Source: Heterodontus francisci (Eukaryota). Taken from it: a DNA stretch of 64,000 bases. A program made the position numbers and the translations under genes. A model generated the notes under the pieces. It had not been told where the DNA came from. It saw only the letters and a list, made by a program, of their open reading frames with translations, and did no database searches. Shown piece by piece: positions 25,260-38,793 of the stretch (its first letter is position 1; each line of letters starts with the position of its first letter). The stretch spans positions 76,383,300-76,447,299 of the forward strand of contig NC_090387.1 in NCBI RefSeq assembly GCF_036365525.1, in the 5' to 3' direction.

Positions 25260-25730
25260 CAATTCATCCCATTCCATTTTAAGTGCAATGTACATTGGCA
25301 TTACATAGCAAAAACATTTTGTTGCATACAGCCCGATGGGTTTTACTCAGGTTCCAGACCCTCAATATGCTATGGTGGGAATACCTTACACAGTGGCTTT
25401 TCCCCATTGAGCCTTAGTGGGGCTGCCCCAAGCTTTACTGCATCCCTCAGCACGTGGCTCTGGACCTTGGAATGTGCCAGTCAGCAACACTCGGTGCTGG
25501 AAAACTCTTTACTCTGGGAGACCAGCAGGTTTCGGGTTGACCAATGTGCGTCCTTCACACAGTTGATGGTCCTCCAGTAACAGGTGATGTTTATCTCAGT
25601 GTGCGTCCCTGGGAAAGCCCAAAGAGCACAGAGTCCTGTGTTACAGAGCTGCTCAGGATGAACCTCAATAAAAACCGTTGCATTTCTTTCCAGACCTGTT
25701 TTGTAAAGTCCAGTAAGCGTGAAATGCAAC
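25260..25730 (-). mobile_element. Tx1-like (L1 group) LINE 3' fragment
   Basis: VWKEMQ..LLRFILSSSVTQDSVLFG / FPGTHTEINITCYWRTINCVKDAHWSTRNLLV is typical of a Tx1 ORF2 C-terminus. Confidence 0.65.
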
Positions 25731-26039
25731 AGGGAATATTCACGATGAGTGCAGATGGAACTGCGAGGAGAAACTGACTAGAATGACCACATTTAACTGA
25801 TGGTAAAGAAAAAGGAGATATCAATGGAAGTGAGGCCCATCATTCACAGCTTGTTGTAGGTTCCAGTTTCCAAATCTGCTCCGTGTCGAGTGAGTTGATC
25901 TGAAGCGGGAGGTGAAAATCATTCAGGAGTCTTGTTTCTAACTGCCGAACAGTTGAGTTGTATGAACCTTTGTAGTAGCAGGACGGGGCTAGGCTGTAAC
26001 TCACTTCTACCCCAAATCTCAGATCCTCTGATTCTTTTG

Positions 26040-27620
26040 CCAATCACCTTAATTTTTGGCCCTCTGGTTACCGACCCTTCTGCCACTGTGAACAGTTTCT
26101 ACTTATTTGTGCTATCAAAACTGTTCATAATTTTGAACTCCACTATCAAATCTCTTAACTTTCTTGACTCTAAGGAGAACAACCCGAGCTTCTCTAGTCT
26201 TTCCACATACCTGATGTCCCTCAATCCTGGTACCGTTCTAGCAAATCATTTCTGCATATCCTCTAACTCATTGACAATCTTCTCAAATTGTGCTTCACAG
26301 ATTGGAAAATAACACTCCAGTTGAGGCCTAACTAGTGCATTATCAAGGTTTAGTATAACTTCCTTTCCTTGCATGCTATGTCTCTTTTAATAAACCCTGT
26401 GTTTTTAACAGCCTTCTCATTTGTCCTGCCACCTTCAAACAATTGTACATACAACCCTAGATCTTTACTTACATTGAAATCTCCTTTCTCTTTGCAGTCA
26501 GTAAAATGGAAGTAATTCTCCTCATAGTTCCATCTTTAGGTAGGGTTGGAATGATAGCAGGCCTCTATAGTGAACATAAAAGTCGGTGTCCTAACATCTA
26601 AACCAATTAGGGGCAGAGTGCTGAAAGTTATTCTATTAAACTGCATTCAGTGTTGTGGTTTGGTAACGTATGAATATGAATTCACTATAACTGTGAGCTG
26701 TATAATAATGTAATAAAGCAGATATTACTCCTACTTGCTCCAGTCTGTTGGGAGAGAGAAAACTGGTGGCAGCAGCTTGACCGATGAAGATTGATTGCTG
26801 ACCTCAATTGTCTTCTCTCATTGAAATCCAACAATTGGCCTGCTTTTTGCTCTTAATTATGAATACGAACATACAAGCATATGAATTAGGAGCAGGAGTA
26901 GACCATTCAGCCCTTCAAGCCTGTTCTGCCAATTGATAAGTTCATGGCTGATCTGATTCTGGTATCAACTCTACTTTCTTGTTTCCCCACGATACCCTTT
27001 GACTCCCTTGTCAATCAAGAATTTATCTAACTTAGCCTTAAATTATTCAATTACCCTGCATCCACAGCTCTCGAGGCAGAGAATTCCACAGATGAATGAC
27101 CCTCGGAGAGAAAACAATTCACATCTCCGTCTTAAATTGGAGACCTCTTACTTTTAAATTATTCCCCCTAGTTCTGATCTCTCCGACAAGGGGAAACATC
27201 CTCTCAGCATCCACCCTGTCAAGTTCTCTCAGGATTTTATATGTTTCAATAACATCACCTCTCATTCTTCTAAACCCTAATGTATAAAGGCCCAACCTGT
27301 CCAACCTTTTCTCATAAGATAACCCCTTTATCCCGGAATCAGTCGAATGAGCCTTCTCTCAACTGCTTTCAGTGCAATTATATCCTTTCTTAAATAAGGA
27401 GACCAAAACTGAATACAGTCCTCCAGATGTGGTCTCAGCATCACCCTGTATGACTGTAGCAAAACCTTCCTACTTTTACACTCAATCAATATTGCAATAA
27501 ATGAGAATTTGCCTTCCTAATCACTTGCTGTACATGCATACGAACATTTTGCGATTCATGTGCCAGGTCACCCTCCGTACCATAGAGTTCTGCAATCTCT
27601 CGCCATTTAAAAATATACTG
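26040..27620 (-). mobile_element. CR1 fragments (about 26040-26470 and 26860-27620)
   Basis: RMRGDVIETYKILRELDRVDAERMFP and a CR1 3' UTR on the minus strand. Confidence 0.8.
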
Positions 27621-28577
27621 CTGTCATTCCCGTAGAGATTTGTCATGAAGAACTCCGAGGGCCATTGCTGGAGCAGGGGCGAAGCTACACAGCACCAGCC
27701 TGAGTAGTTTGTGATGGTTCTCGTGATTGCTACTGAAATTCTGAAGGGAAGAACAAAGCTGCATTTCATTTTCCATTAGGAAAGCTTGTAGTGGGTTACT
27801 AAACAGAGAAGAGCACAAGTATAGGCCAGGGGTCAAGAATATCTCTTACAACAGAAAATTTGGATGAATTAAAATAAAATCCTGAACGTTGGAAGTATGA
27901 AATTAAATCTAAAATATTGGAAATACATTAATGACCTCCCAGCATCTGTCGAAAAAGCCATGAGTCACAACAGTGTTGCCAACTGTAGTTTGATGCTTTT
28001 CTGGTGATTCGATCATTTGACATTGCTCATGTGATGTCTAATCACATAGAAACAAGAGTCAGCTATGTAGCTGTTCCAGCATGTTCTGCCATTTAATGAG
28101 ATTATGTCTGATCTGTAACCTAACACATTATTCCTGATGTTTTATCGCGTGACACTGGCCCACTGTTTGTCGATGTTATTGCTTTTACATTAGTTGATCT
28201 TCTTACTATCACCAAGCTTTATAGTGAGATGGATAATGTAAATCATAATCAAAGAAAGAACGCACAAGAATAGAAATATTTAAGAGTAAAGAATTTTAAA
28301 ATAAAAGCTGCTCCTTTGATGTTTCTACTGTGTCAACCACATAAAAAAATTGAAATAAATACTGCTGACTCAACAATAACATCATTAATATAAGTAACGT
28401 CTAATTAAATTTCTCATACAATTTTATGATGTTTTACAACACGTAGCAAGTTATAACAGCAATAAATAATACAAAAGCTAATTTAATTCACTAACTCCCA
28501 CACCCCACTGCTAAGGCCTAGCTTCAGGGAGCAGAGGCTCAGTTCTCAGTTCAAAAACACTCAGGTAGCTTGACACT

Positions 28578-28990
28578 ATCCTGGACCAAGCAGCTCTCTT
28601 GATCGGCACCCCATCGAACACCTTAAACATTCACTCCCTCCACCACCATGCACAGTGGCAGCAGTTTGTACCATATACAAAATGCACTGCAGCAATTCAC
28701 CACACCTCCTGCAATAGCACCTTCCAAATTCACGACCTCTATCACCTCGAAGGACAAGGACAGCAGACCCATGGGGACACCACCACCTGCAAGTTCCCCT
28801 CCTAGCCACAAACCATCCTGACTTGGAAATGTATTGCTGTTCCTTCACTATTGATGGGTCTAAATCTTGGAATTCCCTCCCAAGCAGCACTGTGGTCCAC
28901 CTGGACCTTAGCGATTCAAAAAGGCAGCACACCACCACCTTCTCAAGAGCAAGTAGAGATGGGCAACAAGTGACACCGACATCCCATGAA
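28578..28990 (+). mobile_element. CR1-group LINE 3' fragment (distinct family)
   Basis: DQAALLIGTPSNTLNIHSLHH...CSFTIDGSKSWNSLPSS ORF2 C-terminal motifs. Confidence 0.65.
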
Positions 28991-29060
28991 ACGAATAGAA
29001 AAAAGCGCCAAAGTTCCCTGACTCCCGAAAACAAAACATCAGCACATATCACAGACGGCC

Positions 29061-29490
29061 ATGAACTCTCCCTCCTGCCGAAGTGTGCTGCTGTTTTTCT
29101 TTCTCCCTCCCCTAGTTTGTGTTTCCGTCTCTCCTCTTTGCACAGACCACCATTTCCACAAGTGGCAATTAAATGTTATTTCCAAATAACGGGGGGACCA
29201 ATCAACAGTGCATCAAGCACAGTTTCACCCATGTCACCTGCAACAGCGCTCGGGTGATCAATCGCCCATTCCGGTGGTTCACATCGAAAGCGGAGGATTC
29301 GGCACCCTACCTCATAGTCTTGCCCAGAGCTGTACAACATACAGCCCTCAAGTCAGAATCCGGCCGGCTGAACATTTCCATCCAGCCGGCCCAGCATCTG
29401 TGACTGACAACGGGCTGCGCATGGCTCGCCTGCATGCCAGGCGCAGGCGGAGGCCAGTTGGCTCCACAGAGGCTGGAGTGCATCATCAAT
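29061..29490 (+). pseudogene. Possible degenerate Ig V-domain relic
   Basis: Across two frames: signal-like MNSPSCRSVLLFFFLPPLVCVS, then HVTC...PFRWFTSKAEDSAPYLIV...GRLNISIQPA / PASVTDNGL / CAW. Contains stops and frameshifts. Confidence 0.35.
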
Positions 29491-29559
29491 GCCGACAATG
29501 CTATTTTAATTTGAGTTTTTGTTTATTCATCTGCATTTAAAAAACTTATTTTATAAAAT

Positions 29560-30552
29560 GCATATAAAGGGGGCCTGATGTGCTTTATTTCGACTTTCAG
29601 AAGGCTTTCGACAAAGTTACACAGAAGTGATTAGCATGTAAAATTAAAGCTCATGGGAGTGGGGGTAGTATATGGCGATGGATAGAATTGATAATTGGTT
29701 TGCAGCCAGTAATTGAGTGGGCACATATATGGCAGATGCAGTATAATGTGGATAAATGTGAGGTTATTCACTTTGGTAGCAAAGAAGGAAGGCAGATTAT
29801 TATCTGAAGGGCTATAAATTGAGAGAGGGGAATGTGCAACGAGACCTGGGTGTTTTCGTCGACAAGGCGCTGCTGGTAAGCATGCAGGTGTAACAGGCGG
29901 TAAAAAAGGCAAATGGTATGTTGGCCTTCATGGTGAGAGGATTCGAAGCAGGGATGTCTTTCTGCATTTATACAGGGGCTTGGTGAGGCCACAACTGGAA
30001 TATTGTGTGCAGTTTTGGTCTCCTTATCTGAGGAAGGATGTTCTTGCTATAGAGGGAGTGCAGCGAAGGTATACCAGACTGATTCCTGGGATGGCGGGAC
30101 TGACGTATGAGGACAGATTGAGTTGGTTAGGATTATATCCGCTGGAGTTCAGAAGAGTGAGAGGGGATCTCATAGAAACCTATAACATTCTAAGAGGACT
30201 TGACAGGGTAGATGCAGGAAGGATGTTCCCGATGGTGGGGGAGTCCAGAACCAGGAGTCATAGTCTAAGGATACGGGATAAACCTTTCAGGACTGAGATG
30301 AGGAGAAAATACTTCACCCAGAGAGCGGTGGGCCTGTGGAATTCGTTACCACAGAAAGCAGTTGAGGCCAAAACAATGCATGTTTTCAAGAAGGAGTTAG
30401 ATATAGCTCTTGGGGTGAAAGGGATGAAAGGATATGGGGGGGAAAGGGGAGCAGGTTACTGAGTTTGATGATCAGCCATGATCATACTGAAAGGCAGAGC
30501 AGGCTCGAAGGGCCGAATGGTCTACTGCTGCTCCTATTTTTATGCATCTATG
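29560..30552 (+). mobile_element. CR1 LINE 3' part with internal deletion
   Basis: ORF 29980-30462 VRPQLEYCVQFWSPYLRKD..., 3' hairpin. Confidence 0.92.
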
Positions 30553-31029
30553 AGGAACAAAGTTCCCATCAACAAAAAAAAAAATATATATATATAAACG
30601 GGGCTGGGGTATAATGGTCACCTTTAAAAAACGGGTTAATTACAGAGTAAAGCTTCCCTTACACTGTCCCCATCAAACAAAACAGAAGAGGAAAAAAGGC
30701 GCAGGGGTAGGTGGGACCGGTGTCGGAGGGATGGTGGATGCCTGTCAGTGATTGTTCACTGTCTGCGACTGACAGCGGACTGCCTGGGTGGAGTGAGCAC
30801 CGATTGGCACTTCGCGGTGCAGACACGCTGGAATCGGCCGCCCCTGCTGTTTTTGCCCTTTAAGGAAGTGGGGGGGGGGGGGAATGGGAGCGAGGAGCAT
30901 TGAACCATAAGTGGCAAACCATGAATGGACACCCGGGGACCATGAGCAGGGAATGGGGAGCGGCGAGCCATGAGCGGGCAGTGACAAATTATGAGTGGCA
31001 AACAAATATTGGGAAGCGGGTCACCATGT

Positions 31030-31260
31030 GACACAGAGAAGGAACAGGGACAGAGAGGGGTGAGACAGAGAGGCGGAGAGAGACACACAGAGAGAGGGAG
31101 AGACAGGGAGCGGGGGAGAGAGACACGCAAAGGGAGTGCGGTGAGAGAGAAACAGAAAGAGGACGGGGAGAGAGACACAGAGATGAAGAGGGAGAGTGAC
31201 AGAGAGAAGGAGAGTCGCAGAGAAGGGGGAAGAGACAGACACGGAGAGGGGAGAGTGGGG
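31030..31260. repeat. GA-rich low-complexity tract
   Basis: Degenerate (GA)n; shorter in copy 1 at 1150-1270. Confidence 0.85.
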
Positions 31261-31552
31261 ACATCCATCTGGAATGCGTCCCATTGCTACACCAAGTGTG
31301 TGGGCAAAGATTGACTACTAAATCAAGCAAAAACAATGCCAGGTATGTCAATAAATCGGTGTTCAACATAGTGACGAGAAAGTAAATCAATAAATTAGTC
31401 TCATCATTTAAAGCTTTTTCACAAAAATGCATAGTAATCCATAGTAAGACAAATATTTAATGCCTCTATCATTTCGAAATTTTCTCAGTGGCATCCTATA
31501 TAGGAATAAAATTGTAATGTGGCCTACCACGCGAAAAGGTTGGACACCTCCG
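31255..31552 (-). mobile_element. Terminal fragment of the same hAT family, opposite orientation
   Basis: Reverse-complement similarity to 18953-19310, ending cacgcgaaaaggttggacacctccg. Confidence 0.7.
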
Positions 31553-34500
31553 GTCCAGCCGGGGCTAGCCTTGTCGTGAGGAGAGAGCCATCGTGGGATT
31601 GGCCAAAACAAAGAATGACTGACCCGGAGAGAATCAGCCAGATATTTTTCTCTTTGTGTCAGTTTTATCGAATTAAGGTCACGATATTTTTCGGAAGGTA
31701 AACCAGAAAGGGTTATGGTGTACAAAGCTGGCGTGAACGTTTTTATGCATTCTGTAAGTTGTAGTTTTGCGATTTGGTGCAAGTGGCAATGTAGAGAAGA
31801 TCTATGATTTGGGGTCAAGGTGCACTTGTAAGACTACAATTAAATCATTTAAGGTAGCGTCGCATGCATATTACTTAAATAACTTTTGTGTTTACACAAC
31901 GGAGTAAGGCAATTAGTCTGAACAAAACTTTTCCTCATGTAAGCTAATTTTTTCCACATTTCACCATTGCCCTTCATTTGGAGATAGTAAGAATTTCCGT
32001 CAGTGATAGGACAATCCTGTTAGAATGATAAGTATTTTATTCATGTATATTTTTCGATGCCGATTTCTGAAATGATGGGAAATATTTAAGCACAAGACTG
32101 TGCCAGATGAAAGGTTACAACTCGGTTTCCTGACTCGTCGGCATCGCCTGTACAAACTCAGAACGGGGAGCGCAGCAGCAACAACAGCAGCATTCTTTGA
32201 TCGCGAGTGCATTCATTCAGCTGGGTAAAAGGATGCTGACTATGAAAGAGAGCTTGCAGCTCAAGCTGCATGCAGTTTAGATTGAAATAATGACTGGAAT
32301 ACAATGGTAAATCTCTGCTCGTGAGTCTCACTCCAGAGACTTCAACACATAATCTAGACTGACAATCTAATGCCGTACTGAAGTATTGCTGCACACTCTG
32401 TAGTGTCCCATTTCAGATCATCCATTAAAACATGACTCCTTCCCTCGCAGGTGGATGTAAATGATCCTTCCAGACAACCGGAAGGGGAACAGGGAGTTCT
32501 TAGTTTCCTAGCCATTATATATTTCTCATCTAATATCACTAAACAAAAATTCACTATCACTTCGCGTTTTGTGCGAACCTGCTGGGCATAAACTGGTGTT
32601 CAATTCCTACAACAGTGACTGCACTTCAAAACATACTTCTTTGGCTGTACAACGGTTTGGCGGGGGGTGGGGGGGAGGGGCGGAGGGTCCTAACATCATG
32701 AAAGGTGCTATGTAAAAATGCTTTCTTTTCTTCAAATTATGCCTTTTCACCTTCCAGATACAATGGGTATTTTTCAATGATGTTGATATGCAACACAAAT
32801 ACCGCCATCTTAACTGTAGCTGCCATTCGTGTAAGGTTGGGCAATTTGCTGACTGTGAAGGATTAGATCGAACCTACTTATAAGAAGCACCACAGATACT
32901 GAATTACTGAATTATTTTTAGGTGAGAGAAATGCTTGGGGGTTATATGGGATAGAGCGGGATTTTATGGAAACTTTGGGACAGACTCAACATTCACTTCC
33001 TTTCCTCTGCGTTGCTATGTTTTAATTCACTGAAGACTCCTACAGTGAGTTACTCATTTTAATACAATCTGAGACAAACAATTTAAAATGAAGAAATACA
33101 CAATTAACTAACAAGATACGCAAATCAATCATAAATAAAAAGTGTTGCCTAATTTTAATGTAAGTAATTATTTTGATAGTTTAGGGGTGATATTGCCGCA
33201 AAATGAAGCCACTGCTGAGCAGTTTTATTCCAAAGTAGCTCTCAATTCCGGGAGGTGATTTTATTTTTACCAAGAGATAATAAACTATGGGTCTCACTGA
33301 CTGTTTAGGTGGACATAAAAGATCCCATGCCACAAAGACTTCACCTGCTGTTCTGACCAACATTGTTCCCTCAACCAGCATTACTATCTGCAGGTTATCT
33401 GGTCTTTTATCTCATTGCTATTTGTGTGACCTTTCAGTTTGCTAATTGCCCGTCTTTCCCTCTACATTACAACAGTGACAACACTTCAAAAGTAAAACAT
33501 TTGGAACATTTCGTTGTGAAATTCGCTTTACATATACTGTTTATCTATTTTCTACTGCTCTTAGTGGGATCTTGCTGTGTGCAAATTTGCTTCTATTTTT
33601 GCCTATTTCAAAATCAATGAGTATGAGGCAGTTTGGTACATTTCATAAGCGAGATAATGAGGTGCTATAAATGAATGCAAGTCGTTCTTTTCTCTCATCA
33701 TAGTGGTTCCCGGAAATCCTGCCAATTTGGTGGGAATTTGGAATTTACCAGGCATTCTGGAAGTTAGAGAATTAAATATTATGCATATTATTAAGATGGG
33801 TGAGTCACAGGGCCATCGTTAGTGTTACAGGATTAAGCTGCAAAGTTATTTTCCATGGAAAACTATTTCCACTTCACAATGTAAATCTGGAGACAGGGCT
33901 CCACAGGAATCCAGAACAATGGGTGGGAGTTCCACTTCTGGGTCTTGAGTTCCAGGCGATTTGACATCACTACCCTTTACACAGCATCTCAAGTACTGTG
34001 GCAGCCAGCAATAGTACATGAGGACATCGGTAGTAGCCCGTTGTTTGCCTTCTTTTTACAGAAAATAACTAAGTGAAAAGGAGAGATACGTACATTATAG
34101 CACGATCCCGCGTCATATTGATGGTGCTCTGGCCAATATGCACCCATCAACCAACTTCACTAAAACAAGTTATTTGGTTATTATAATGTTGCTGGTCGTG
34201 GAACATTGCTGTGCGCAATATGGCTGCCACGATTCCTACATGACAACAGTGGCAACACCTCGGAAGTACTTAATTGGCTGCAAAGCGAATTGGGACTGAA
34301 ATGTGCTTTACCAATACAAGTTCTTATTTTTCTTTCGCTAATTTTACTAGTGTTATTTTGTTTTTATAACAAACAAGGCCATCTATCCATTCAGATATAT
34401 AATCTAATATACATAATGAGATGTTTGTGAACGATAACGTTATTCTCCATTACGGCTGAAAATGAGAGTCAATTTTGCCAAATGATCGCTCCCTTTAAGT

Positions 34501-35189
34501 AACTTATTTCATGTTGAGAGTGTGGTAAATGGGGAGCGATTTCTCCAGACCTTATCGATGTTATAGAGATTACCGCCAGAAATTATAAATGGTTCACTCT
34601 ACGGCGTTCTCACCGAAAGAGCTCCATATCTCTGAAGTTAATTACATTTAACATTGACATTTAGCTGATATCTTGATAATTGTGTAACATTTCAGTTGTG
34701 AGAATCAGCATGCCGGGGAATCGCTAAACACAGACATTGCAGAACAACTGCAGATATGTTTGCTTGCGAAATTTCAAATACATTTCTTTAATTATACTTC
34801 TTTTGTACGTCGAACCTGATAACGCAAGCACTGTGCAACTTGCATGACCTGAGACGGGTGCAGCCACTAACCACAAAGCGTTTCCATTATGCCACTAGCA
34901 GAATCGCCTTGCAGTTCTATTCTCCCAGTGATAGCAATTTCGCATTAGCTCAAACTACGATTACACTTTGTGGTAAATGATTAGGTAAATAAACAAATGG
35001 CCTTCAAGATGAGATCTATTTTTTATAGAAAAGTTGCAAAAGTTCACACTTTAGCAACTGCAATCGCGTATTACAAATAGAAATCTAAAATAGATGCCTC
35101 GGTGGTGAAAACTCTTCATCAGAATGTGGCAGATAGGAAGCACTGAAAAAGAAGCATTTGTATCGCGCCTTCAACCTAGTAATTTTAAC

Positions 35190-35685
35190 CAGCACCTGGT
35201 TCGTAGCCTTGCAAGTTACAACACTTGTGGTGCATGTCCAGTTACCTTTTATATGAGTTGAGGGTTTCTGCCTCCACCACCGTTTCTGGCAGTGAATTCA
35301 AGACACCACCAGCCTCTGAGTGAAAAGGTTTTCCCTCATGCCCCCTCTAATCCTTCTCCTAATCACCTTAAATCTGTGCTCCCTGTTAATTGACCACTCT
35401 GCGAGGGGAAACAGCTCCTTCCTGTCTACTCTATCTAGGCCCCTCATAATTTTGTACACCTCAATTAAGTCACTCACTCAGCCTCCTCTGTTCTAAGGAA
35501 AACAACTCTAGCCTATCCAATCTTTCCTCATAGCTGCAATTTTCAAGCCCTGGCAACATTCTTGTAGATCTCTTTTGTACTCTCGACTGCAATTATGCCC
35601 TTCCTGTAATGTGGTCACCAGAACTGGATGCAATACTCCAGCTGTGGCCTAACCAGCATTGTATACAGTTCCAGCATTACATCTC
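35190..35685 (-). mobile_element. CR1 fragment (duplicate of 6065-6560)
   Basis: Direct similarity to copy 1. Confidence 0.8.
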
Positions 35686-36550
35686 AGCAACTGCTCCAGC
35701 CAACAGCTCCCCCATTTCTCCACCATTTTCCTAACTGTGGAATATAGGACATTTCCTGTTTATTTGCCCATCGTGCACTAAACTTCGCTCTCTAAACATC
35801 TCTGCTTCTGCATTCTCTCTCTATTGAGATTGTCGTTTAAACCTACCTCTTCGATTAAACCTTTGCTTTCTCCTTCCTAATACATCTTTCCTTCACTGAA
35901 TGTATTTCTATTTTTGGTTAGGCCTTTGGAATACACTTTCGGAGGTCTTTTGACTTTAATGGCTTTATATAAATATCACTTGTCATTTGTGTCTTCCTCT
36001 TTATTTTTCCAGTTCTGATGAAGGGTTATGATCAAACTATTAACTTATCGGTTCTCTTGGGAGAAGTTGATCGGCTCACTGAATATTTCCAACATGTTCT
36101 ATTTTACATTACATAGAATTACATGGAGACCATTCACCCCAACTGGTCTATGCTAGTATTTATGCCCTGAGGAGCGTCTTCCCACTCCTTTTCATCTATC
36201 CTTATCAGCAAATCCTTTATTTAGGTTTCCTTCATATACATATCAGGCTCCTCCTTTAAATACATCTATGCCATTCACCTCAACTACTCAATTTTCTACT
36301 CATTCGGTAAAAGCTTCTCCTGAAATCCCTCTTGGATTTACTTATGACTATCTTATATGTCTGCTGTCTAGTTCTGGACTCCCTTACAAGTTGAAACATT
36401 TTCTCTTTGTCTACCCTATCAAACACGTTCAAAATTTCAAAGACCTCGATCAGGTCCCCCCTCAGCTTTCCCTTTTCGAAAGAAAGGAACCTCAGATTGT
36501 TCACCCTTTCCTGATAAGTCTATATTCTTAGTTCTGGGGTTATTCTTGCG

Positions 36551-36863
36551 ACGGCACAGTGGCCTCACAGCTCCAGCAACCCGGCTTCGGTTCTGGGTAC
36601 TGCCTGTGTGGAGTTTGAAAGTTCTCCCTGTGACCGCGTGGGTTTCCGCCGGGTGCTCCGGTTTCCTCTCTCAGCCAAAGCCTTGCAGGTTGATAGATAA
36701 ATTGGCCATTGTAAATTGCCCCTAGTGTAGGTAGGAGAATTGTGGGGATGTGGTAGGGAATATGGGATTAATGTAGGATTAGTATAAATGGGTAGTTGAT
36801 GGTCGGCACCGACTCGGTGGGCCAAAAGGCCTGTTTCAGTGCTGTATCGCTCTCTGACTCTAT
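36551..36863 (+). mobile_element. HE1-like V-SINE, copy-2-specific insertion
   Basis: Same structure; absent at the corresponding site near 7425 in copy 1. Confidence 0.85.
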
Positions 36864-37910
36864 GATAGGTTTTGCACGTTTTCCAGTGCCTGGATATCTT
36901 TTTTTTAAAAGGTGGACACTAGAAAGGTGCACAGTGCTTCAAATGTGGTCTAATCGAGATTCAATGCAAGTTTAACATAACTTTGTTGCTTTTTAAGTCT
37001 ATGCCTTTAGAAATTAACCCCAATTTTTGGCTTACTTTTTCTGCCCTTATTAATCTGCATTATCTACTTTTAGTGATTCATGGATTTGAGCCCCTAAATT
37101 CTTTCCCCCCTCTACCCCATTTAGACTCTTATTATCCAAGCAATATGTGGCCTCCTTACCCTTCCTACGAAAATGCACCACCTAACACTTATCTGTATTG
37201 AAATTCAATTGCTAATTACATACCCAGTCAGCAAGTTTATTACTGTCTTCTTGTATTTTGCTACATTCTTTCTCAGTATTAATCATCGAGCTCATTTTGG
37301 TGTCACCACAAATTTTGGTTGTGCTACTGATTTCTGGGCTTTGGCTTCAGATTTCCAGCAGTTTGTTTTCTTTTTTGCGTGGTCAAGATGCTGAGGCGGT
37401 GCAAGACCAGGCTGGCTCAGGCCTGCAGTGTTTCGGTGAAACCTAAAGAGGCACCCTTGCTCTTTTCAGCAGGTCAACCCTGCAACAGGGTGACATCAAT
37501 TTAAAATTAAATCCAGACCATTCAGGAATGAAACCAGGAAACATCTTTTCTCACAAAGACTCATAGAAATCTGGAACTCTCTTCCCAAAAGGCAGTGAAT
37601 GCTTGGACAATTGGAGTTTTCACGACTCATCTGGTAGATTTATACTGTTATCGGTATCAAGGGATACAGAAGGAAGGCAGGTAAATGGAGTTGAGGTGCA
37701 GATCAGCCATGATCTAATTAAATGACTGACCAGGGTCCAGAAGCTGAATGTCTATTCCTGTTCTTATGGCATGGCTACAGAAACAATTTAAAACCCTTCC
37801 ACCCCGTTAATGCCAATGTTCCAAAGTAAAAATGTAAAGTTTTCACAGGTCTCTCACAGATGTTACATGGGAAAACGGCAGACCCCGATCGAATTATTGG
37901 CTGTACATCT

Positions 37911-38793
37911 TGTTATGATTCTGTAGTTGTTTTCAGGAAGAATCTGGTGTGCCATTAAGGCTGGAAAAGGAGCCTTACTGCTTTAAGGCAGCAAGCCCAG
38001 AAGCTGAGTCAAAGAATGAATTCTCCTTGCCCAGGGAAACAGCCATTCGGCGACGATGATTCAAAGAGTTCTTTCTGTTTGCCCGGGATAGAGCCTTTTA
38101 GACTGAGCTTTGAGAGATACATTGTTGCCGGGTGACGTTTGAAACTAATTGAAAAGTTGGCTTTTGAGAGACATTTAAGAGACACAGACAGACAGCTTTC
38201 CCAGCAGGAACAGAACAGAGATCTCTGATAGTTTAAACTGAAGGAGGGAAGTTGGACTGTGACAATCTTGTATCTTTCAAAACTTCTGAAGCCAAATTGA
38301 TACATTAAAAAGTGTTTGAAAGTTGTTAATTGTTGAAATCTATGGGGGAGAAGCAAAGCATCACTTACTGCTGAATTAGACTGCGGACTGTTCTACTGTT
38401 GAAGAACCCTTTCCCCCCCGCCATTGAACGGCTTTGAGGACTTCAAACAACCTTGGCAAAATCCACATTGGAAGATTTCACTTCAGAAGGAGCGTAAATA
38501 TGCAAGGATCCTGTTTTATATTTTAAATGTTGTTTATATCTTAGTAGTGTTTTAGAATTTAGTATTCCTCATTAAAGAGTTAATTTGTTGATTTAAAGGC
38601 ACCTGGTTTAGATAGCCTCCATCGGGGGTTAATAGATGGTACAATTTGGCTGGGGCTTTAATTTTCAAAATTTAAAGTGATATGTTAGGTGATCTGTGGA
38701 GGATTGAGATTGACTTAACAGCGCGTTTCTAACACTACAATCAGAATCATATATTTGGAATGGGGGCTTTGACTGGAGCGGTCAGTTGGAACA
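37911..38793. mobile_element. Solo LTR (duplicate of 8476-9316)
   Basis: TGTTATGA...GGAACA at the corresponding position in copy 2. Confidence 0.72.

Noticed and set aside
26735-26744. 10-nt micro-exon (ACTGGAGCAA) as a second leader exon of gene A
   Set aside because: The acceptor is good and the phase fits, but the donor is mediocre and no upstream ATG exon could be found; unsupported without cDNA.
29465-29503. cacagag + 23 bp + acaatgcta as an RSS after the V-like relic
   Set aside because: The nonamer matches only 4 of 9 and lacks the A-tract, and the site is too far from the putative second Cys.
30745-31432. Long Ser/Leu/Pro- or Arg/Glu-rich ORFs
   Set aside because: Translations of GA/CT low-complexity sequence. 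The poly-Pro/Gly ORFs at 2002-2275 and 18892-19165 likewise come from poly-G runs.
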